Source of the DNA: an uncultured Chloroflexota bacterium
GTDB lineage: Bacteria; Chloroflexota; Anaerolineae; Anaerolineales; Anaerolineaceae
Reading direction: 5' to 3'
Length of the DNA: 64,000 nucleotides
NCBI GenBank assembly: GCA_902774215.1
Contig: CACYHU010000058.1
Span: 14,987-78,986, forward strand
Shown here: piece after piece, positions 59,640-64,000 of the stretch
How positions within the stretch are numbered: position 1 is the stretch's first letter
How the letters are laid out: each line of letters opens with the position of its first letter
Program-made: the position numbers and the translations under genes
The notes under the pieces: model-generated
Told to the model about the DNA's origin: nothing
Database searches by the model: none
The model's input: the letters and a program-made list of their open reading frames with translations, nothing else

Positions 59640-60056
59640 ATGTCTGAACGAAGTGGTTTTGGTTCATTTTTTGTTGGATTTTTAGCCGGAGCTATCGCCG
59701 GTGCCATCGCTACTGTTTTGTATGCCCCCAATTCAGGGGATGAAACGCGTGCCTCATTGAAGGGCAAAAAGGATGAAATTCTCGGCAAGGCTAATATTTC
59801 TGTTGATGATGCCTATAAACAGGCCGAGTCAGCTGCCCGTGAAGCCCGCGACCGGTTTGAAACACTGGCTTCTACAACCCGCCAGCGTGCCGAAGATATC
59901 ACCCGGCGCGGTCAGGTGATTCTGGAAGAGCAGATCGGGAATTTCAAAAAAACCGCTGAACGCACGGAAAACGCTGAAGCTGAAGAAATCCTGATGCCGA
60001 AGGACGAGCCTGAAGATGAAGATACAGCGGCAGATAATCCTGAAAATGAAGAGTAA
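59640..60056 (+). CDS. YtxH-domain protein
   Basis: N-terminus GFGSFFVGFLAGAIAGAIATVLYAP followed by a charged helical region. RBS AAAGGAGAG. Confidence 0.6.
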   Translation: MSERSGFGSFFVGFLAGAIAGAIATVLYAPNSGDETRASLKGKKDEILGKANISVDDAYKQAESAAREARDRFETLASTTRQRAEDITRRGQVILEEQIGNFKKTAERTENAEAEEILMPKDEPEDEDTAADNPENEE

Positions 60057-60102
60057 GACGCTAAAAGCAATTCTCTTTTCTGTTTTTGAATATAAATAAT
60101 GG

Positions 60103-60135
60103 CACAGGGCTTTACAAAAAGCCCTGTGTTTTTAT
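60103..60135 (+). terminator. Rho-independent terminator after ytxH-like
   Basis: CACAGGGCTTT-acaaaa-AGCCCTGTG followed by TTTTTA. Confidence 0.6.
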
Positions 60136-60377
60136 CAGGAAATGCTGATCAGCTATATATTGCACTGCGGACTGCCGTTTTATGAAGCATAACCCATAAA
60201 ACAAAATAATAATTGTTATACTTTTTACCCAAATCTATGATTTTCAGGTACAATGTATATAGGTTGGAATTGTTATTTTGAAAATAAGATTTTTGGGATT
60301 ATTGGAAAAATAGCATTTTCATCAAGAATTAATTCAGTTTCGCTGAACTCATTTAATACCTACTTAGGAGGATGGTG

Positions 60378-62450
60378 ATGAGTAATACTACTTTGTGGCT
60401 GGTCATTGGCCTGGTTTGCGGTATCGCATCTCTGGCTGTTGGCCTTTATTACTTCTTCTGGGTGAAGAAGCAGGATGATGGCAATGCCCGTTCCCGGGAA
60501 GTTGCCGGATGGATTCGTGATGGCGCCCGCGCCTATCTGAAGAAGCTGTATATGGCGCTCATTATTGTCGCCGGTGCCATGGCTGTTATTCTGGCTGTTG
60601 TTTACTCCATTGAAGGCCAGCGTGGAGTTCCGACTGCTCTTTGTTTCCTCTTTGGTGCCTGCTGCTCAGCGGTAGCCGGTTACCTTGGGATGGAAGTTGC
60701 TGTTCTGGCGAATGTTCGTTCCGCCGTTGCTGCTTCTAAAGATCTGAACACTGCATTCAACGTCGCTTTCAAAGCCGGTGCTGTTATGGGCTTTGCAGTT
60801 GTCGGTGTTGCAACCATCGGTATGTGTCTGATTTATCTGATCAGCGGTGATGCACAGCTTGTTCTTGCTTACTCACTCGGTTGTTCCTCCCTGGCTCTGC
60901 TGGCTAAGGCCGGCGGTGGTATCTACACCAAGACAGCTGATATCGCAGCTGACCTGGTCGGTAAGGTTGAAGTCGGTATTCCTGAAGACGATCCGCGCAA
61001 CCCGGCTGTTGTCGCAGATAACGTCGGTGACAACGTTGGTGATGTTGCCGGTATGGGCGCTGATATTTTCGACTCCTATGTAGCTTCCGCAGTCGCGGCA
61101 ATGCTGCTTGGTGCCGCTTTCGGTACTTCAGCGGATCCTGTGATCTCAGCCAATGCTCCGCTTTATACGGTACTCCCCCTGATCCTTTGTGCTCTGGGTA
61201 TTCTTGCTTCTCTGGTCGGTGTGTATTTCGTCCGTGTCGGTGAAAACGGAAAACCGGGTAAAGCCCTGAACATGGGTACTTACATCACCTGCGGTATTTT
61301 TGTTGTCCTGATGGCTGTTGTGATCCTTTTGATCCCCGGCATCAACAACGGACTTATCTGGGCAATTCTTGCCGGTACCGCTGTGGGTGTTGTGATTGGT
61401 CAGACAACTGAATTCTTTACCTCAGATGAGTACAAACCGGTTCAGCTCACTGCTGAATACTCCGGATCCGGTGCTGCGATCACCATCATCTCCGGTATGA
61501 GCTACGGTCTGATTTCCATTGTTCCGTCTATCGTAGGTATTGTTATAGCAATGATGGTTGCCTACTTTGTCGTTGGCGGCGGAGATTTGGGGCTTTATGG
61601 TATCGCTATCGCTGCTGTGGGTATGCTTGCAACTTCCGGTATGATCGTATCTTCCGATGCGTACGGTCCGATCGTTGACAATGCCCGCGGTATTGCTGAA
61701 ATGTCCGGTATGGATGAAGAAGTCATCGACCGCGCTGACGTCCTTGACTCTGCGGGTAACACCGCGAAAGCCATTACAAAGGGCTTCTCCATTGCTGCTG
61801 CAGCTCTGACAGTACTGGGCTTGTTCGTTGCCTTTGTGAGTGAGATCGACGCTGCTACTGAGGCAGGTTTCTTATTCAGCGAAATTTCTCTGATGGATCC
61901 GATCGTGCTGGCCGGCATTTTCCTCGGTTCCATGTGCCCTCCGCTGTTCTCCGCGCTGACCATGCTCTCTGTGACTGAAAACGCATTCAAGATGATCGAA
62001 TACATCCGTGGTGTTTTCAAGAAGAACCCGAAGATCCTGGAAGGCAAAGCTACTCCGGATTACAGCGAATGCGTTTCTCTGGCTGCTGACGGTGCTCTGA
62101 AGTCACTGGTCCTGCCGGCGATCATCGCAATTGTTTTCCCGCTCATTGTTGGTTTCATTTTTGGGCCTAAGGGTTTGACCGGTTTCCTCGGCGGTGCCAT
62201 TGTTACCGGTGTTCTGTTCGCCCTGTTCATGTCCAATGCCGGCGGTCTGTGGGATAATGCCAAGAAGTATGTTGAAGCCGGTCATTTCGGCGGCAAGGGT
62301 TCTGAAGCCCACAAGGCTGCAGTTATCGGTGATACCGTTGGTGATCCTTTCAAAGATACAGCCGGTCCGTCATTGAACACACTGATCACTGTTATGTCCC
62401 TGGTGGCTTCCACCTTCGCTCCGGTGATCGCGATCTGGCATCTTTTCTAA
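60378..62450 (+). CDS. hppA: Membrane-bound (H+/Na+)-translocating pyrophosphatase
   Basis: About 690 aa with 15-16 TM helices and signature motifs [24 protein letters not shown] and GDTVGDP.KDT.GPS.N. The ATG at 60378 lies 6 nt after AGGAGG. Confidence 0.9.
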   Translation: MSNTTLWLVIGLVCGIASLAVGLYYFFWVKKQDDGNARSREVAGWIRDGARAYLKKLYMALIIVAGAMAVILAVVYSIEGQRGVPTALCFLFGACCSAVAGYLGMEVAVLANVRSAVAASKDLNTAFNVAFKAGAVMGFAVVGVATIGMCLIYLISGDAQLVLAYSLGCSSLALLAKAGGGIYTKTADIAADLVGKVEVGIPEDDPRNPAVVADNVGDNVGDVAGMGADIFDSYVASAVAAMLLGAAFGTSADPVISANAPLYTVLPLILCALGILASLVGVYFVRVGENGKPGKALNMGTYITCGIFVVLMAVVILLIPGINNGLIWAILAGTAVGVVIGQTTEFFTSDEYKPVQLTAEYSGSGAAITIISGMSYGLISIVPSIVGIVIAMMVAYFVVGGGDLGLYGIAIAAVGMLATSGMIVSSDAYGPIVDNARGIAEMSGMDEEVIDRADVLDSAGNTAKAITKGFSIAAAALTVLGLFVAFVSEIDAATEAGFLFSEISLMDPIVLAGIFLGSMCPPLFSALTMLSVTENAFKMIEYIRGVFKKNPKILEGKATPDYSECVSLAADGALKSLVLPAIIAIVFPLIVGFIFGPKGLTGFLGGAIVTGVLFALFMSNAGGLWDNAKKYVEAGHFGGKGSEAHKAAVIGDTVGDPFKDTAGPSLNTLITVMSLVASTFAPVIAIWHLF

Positions 62451-62470
62451 GATATTAGATTAAAGTAATA

Positions 62471-62505
62471 AAAGCCCTGCGGAAACTTCCTGCGGGGCTT
62501 TTTCG
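62471..62505 (+). terminator. Terminator-like hairpin after hppA
   Basis: AAAGCCCTGCGG-aaacttcc-TGCGGGGCTTTTT (imperfect stem, T-run). Confidence 0.45.
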
Positions 62506-62546
62506 TATTTAATTTATATACAGAGTGAAAGATGTTGGAGGTTCTT

Positions 62547-63515
62547 ATGAAAAAACAGGTTCAGGTAATGATCATCCTGATCGTAATCGTTTCTTTGCTT
62601 ACAGCCGGCTGTGCCGGTAAATCTTCCAGAAAATCACCTGAAAGCGGTGCATATGAAGCTGCGGACAGTTATGTGGTGAATTATGATGAAGATATCATAA
62701 TGGATTATGCCTACGCTGCGGAAGATTCAGCCCTGGCAAATTCTAAAGCGGTACCTGCATATGCGAACGACAGTAATCAGGGCCAGAAAAGAATGATCCA
62801 GAAGTCAGCAAGTATTAAAATACAGGTGATGGATCCCCTGGATGCGGCGGAAAAGCTGATCACGCTGACGGAACAGTCCGGAGGTTTTGTTGTTTCTTCA
62901 TCTGCCAGTCAGGATTATTATAATGGTGATATATATCTGCCGAAAGCGAATCTGACGATCCGTGTTCCCGCGGAAAAACTGAATGATACACTTGCATTTA
63001 TAGAAAGCCTGACCAGCGATCCGGCGAAATACGTGTCAAATAAAATGATCCATGGTGTTGATATTACTTCAGATTATGTTGATACAAATTCCCGCCTGAC
63101 AAGTCTGGAAAAGACACTTACGAAGCTTTATGAAATACTTGAAACCGCTGAAAATGCTGAAGAAGCACTGGAAGTTTACAACGAAATAGCGAGAGTTGAA
63201 TCCGATATTGAGGTGTATAAAGGTCAGATCAAATATATGGAAGAAAGTGTTGCACTGTCTTCCATAGATGTTGTGATTGCCTCTATCCGTCCCGCTCCTA
63301 TCCAGACAGTTTCTTCCTGGAATATCGGTGATGTTATCAAGGACGCTTTCGAGAGCCTGCTGGATGGCGGCAAGAGCGTGATCGAAGCCATTATTTACTT
63401 TATCATCGTCGTTATTCCGATCCTGATCCTGATCGCAATTCCTGTTGTACTGGTTATTTTCATCATCCGCAAGGTTATTCGCGACAGAAAAGCGAAAGAA
63501 GTAAAAAAGAACTGA
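62547..63515 (+). CDS. DUF4349-type lipoprotein with a C-terminal TM anchor
   Basis: Lipobox LLTAGC. A coiled-coil middle region. C-terminal TM helix IIYFIIVVIPILILIAIPVVLVIFII. RBS GGAGG. Confidence 0.6.
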   Translation: MKKQVQVMIILIVIVSLLTAGCAGKSSRKSPESGAYEAADSYVVNYDEDIIMDYAYAAEDSALANSKAVPAYANDSNQGQKRMIQKSASIKIQVMDPLDAAEKLITLTEQSGGFVVSSSASQDYYNGDIYLPKANLTIRVPAEKLNDTLAFIESLTSDPAKYVSNKMIHGVDITSDYVDTNSRLTSLEKTLTKLYEILETAENAEEALEVYNEIARVESDIEVYKGQIKYMEESVALSSIDVVIASIRPAPIQTVSSWNIGDVIKDAFESLLDGGKSVIEAIIYFIIVVIPILILIAIPVVLVIFIIRKVIRDRKAKEVKKN

Positions 63516-63586
63516 TCTGTTTTTTCGGTACTGCAGAGCTGAATGATCTGCAGTACCCGGGTTCCCGATTTTTCAGGTCATAACCG

Positions 63587-63702
63587 GAGCTGTTGTGAAT
63601 TATAAATTTGAAAAGCCATTGGGAGGGAGTGCTTCGCAGGGACACGGAATAATCGTCAGCTGCCTGTGAAAGTGATCCCCGCGTCCCGGTTAATTCAGTC
63701 GG
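63587..63702. repeat. Dispersed element of about 115 nt, copy B. It is followed by a perfect 15-bp hairpin (GTCGGGGAACACGCG...CGCGTGTTCCCCGAC).
   Basis: About 90% identity to copy A at 50322-50440. Confidence 0.6.
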
Positions 63703-63856
63703 GGAACACGCGCTGAGCAAGCTCACGCGTGTTCCCCGACACCGCTGTTTAAGCTGTTGAATCACTCCGTTGAGAATACGATTATTCAGATGATTCCCAA
63801 AAACAAAAGATGAGAAGAGTATAATATAGAATGATTTTTGAAAGAAGGAATAAAAG

Positions 63857-64000
63857 ATGATCGGAATCGGAACATTGATCAACACGGGTGCGATCGCTGC
63901 CGCCGGGGTTATGGGCTATTATTTGGGAAAGGTATTTAAACAGGACCAGCAGGAAGCAATAATAAAGGCCAATGGAATCGCGGTGCTGTTTATTGCGATC
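63857..64000 (+). CDS. DUF554-family membrane protein (5' part; continues beyond window end)
   Basis: MIGIGTLINTGAIAAAGVMGYYLGKVFKQDQQEAIIKANGIAVLFIAI. Confidence 0.5.
   Translation, partial: MIGIGTLINTGAIAAAGVMGYYLGKVFKQDQQEAIIKANGIAVLFIAI

Overview
The window reads as a bacterial chromosome segment of about 45% GC with dense genes on both strands. Mixed Shine-Dalgarno usage fits an anaerobic Firmicute or a spirochete, but I cannot settle the taxon from sequence alone.

The 5' end (1-5 kb) is a selenium-utilisation cluster on the minus strand: yqeB (partial), yqeC, a DUF3343 protein, an EF2568-type class V aminotransferase, a TusA-like protein and YedE. A divergently transcribed Cys-type selD follows on the plus strand.

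Housekeeping blocks follow. After two tandem tRNA-Glu genes comes the minus-strand operon hflX-pncA-pncB-nadE-nadD (NAD salvage), read in transcription order. Next are ruvX-mltG, a GT-C-like membrane protein, an SPFH protein, rsmI, serC-serA and a DHH phosphoesterase. Then come an AlgJ-like/MBOAT O-acylation pair, a flotillin, a BspA-type LRR protein and an initiator tRNA-fMet.

A second run of housekeeping genes lies at 50-64 kb. It holds a NapH-like 4Fe-4S protein with an unannotated small CXXC ORF, an aminotransferase and def. The cobalamin-uptake and salvage block btuF/btuDC/cobT/xpt follows, then a DUF948 protein (ytxG-like), ytxH, the pyrophosphatase hppA, a DUF4349 protein and a DUF554 protein.

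The most unusual region is 39.5-49.2 kb, downstream of tRNA-fMet and a GC-rich atypical segment. It reads as an island. Four plus-strand genes come first. The first is an RHH regulator. The second is a zinc-ribbon/SPFH/zinc-ribbon fusion protein. The third is a 4-TM membrane protein. The fourth is TIR-1, a large TIR-domain protein with an N-terminal zinc ribbon and a TPR-like helical region. TIR-2, a paralog of TIR-1, follows after a 117-bp gap. On the minus strand lies TIR-3 (a third paralog), with a standalone SIR2 (SIR2_2-type) protein translationally coupled downstream of it. TIR-1 and TIR-3 end in a C-terminal TM anchor. All three TIR genes are mosaics. The N-terminal zinc-ribbon/TPR/TIR module is GC-rich and conserved, and it is about 90% identical at the nucleotide level between TIR-1 and TIR-2. 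The C-terminal third is AT-rich and highly divergent. I read this as a candidate membrane-associated, Thoeris-like but non-canonical TIR/SIR2 NADase defence system with diversified sensor cassettes.

Three disrupted genes sit within about 12 kb. The first is a +1 frameshift in a GGGG run of a GT-B-like gene. The second is an FGE-domain gene that is in frame with an upstream coiled-coil lipoprotein ORF built of 63-bp tandem repeats; an 11-bp deletion inside one repeat unit splits the two. The third is a BLA-like alpha-amylase with an internal deletion of about 60 bp.

Two small dispersed structured repeat families are present. One is a 115-nt element near 50.3 and 63.6 kb. The other is a 100-nt long hairpin with compensatory substitutions, whose two copies flank the btuDC-cobT-xpt block.
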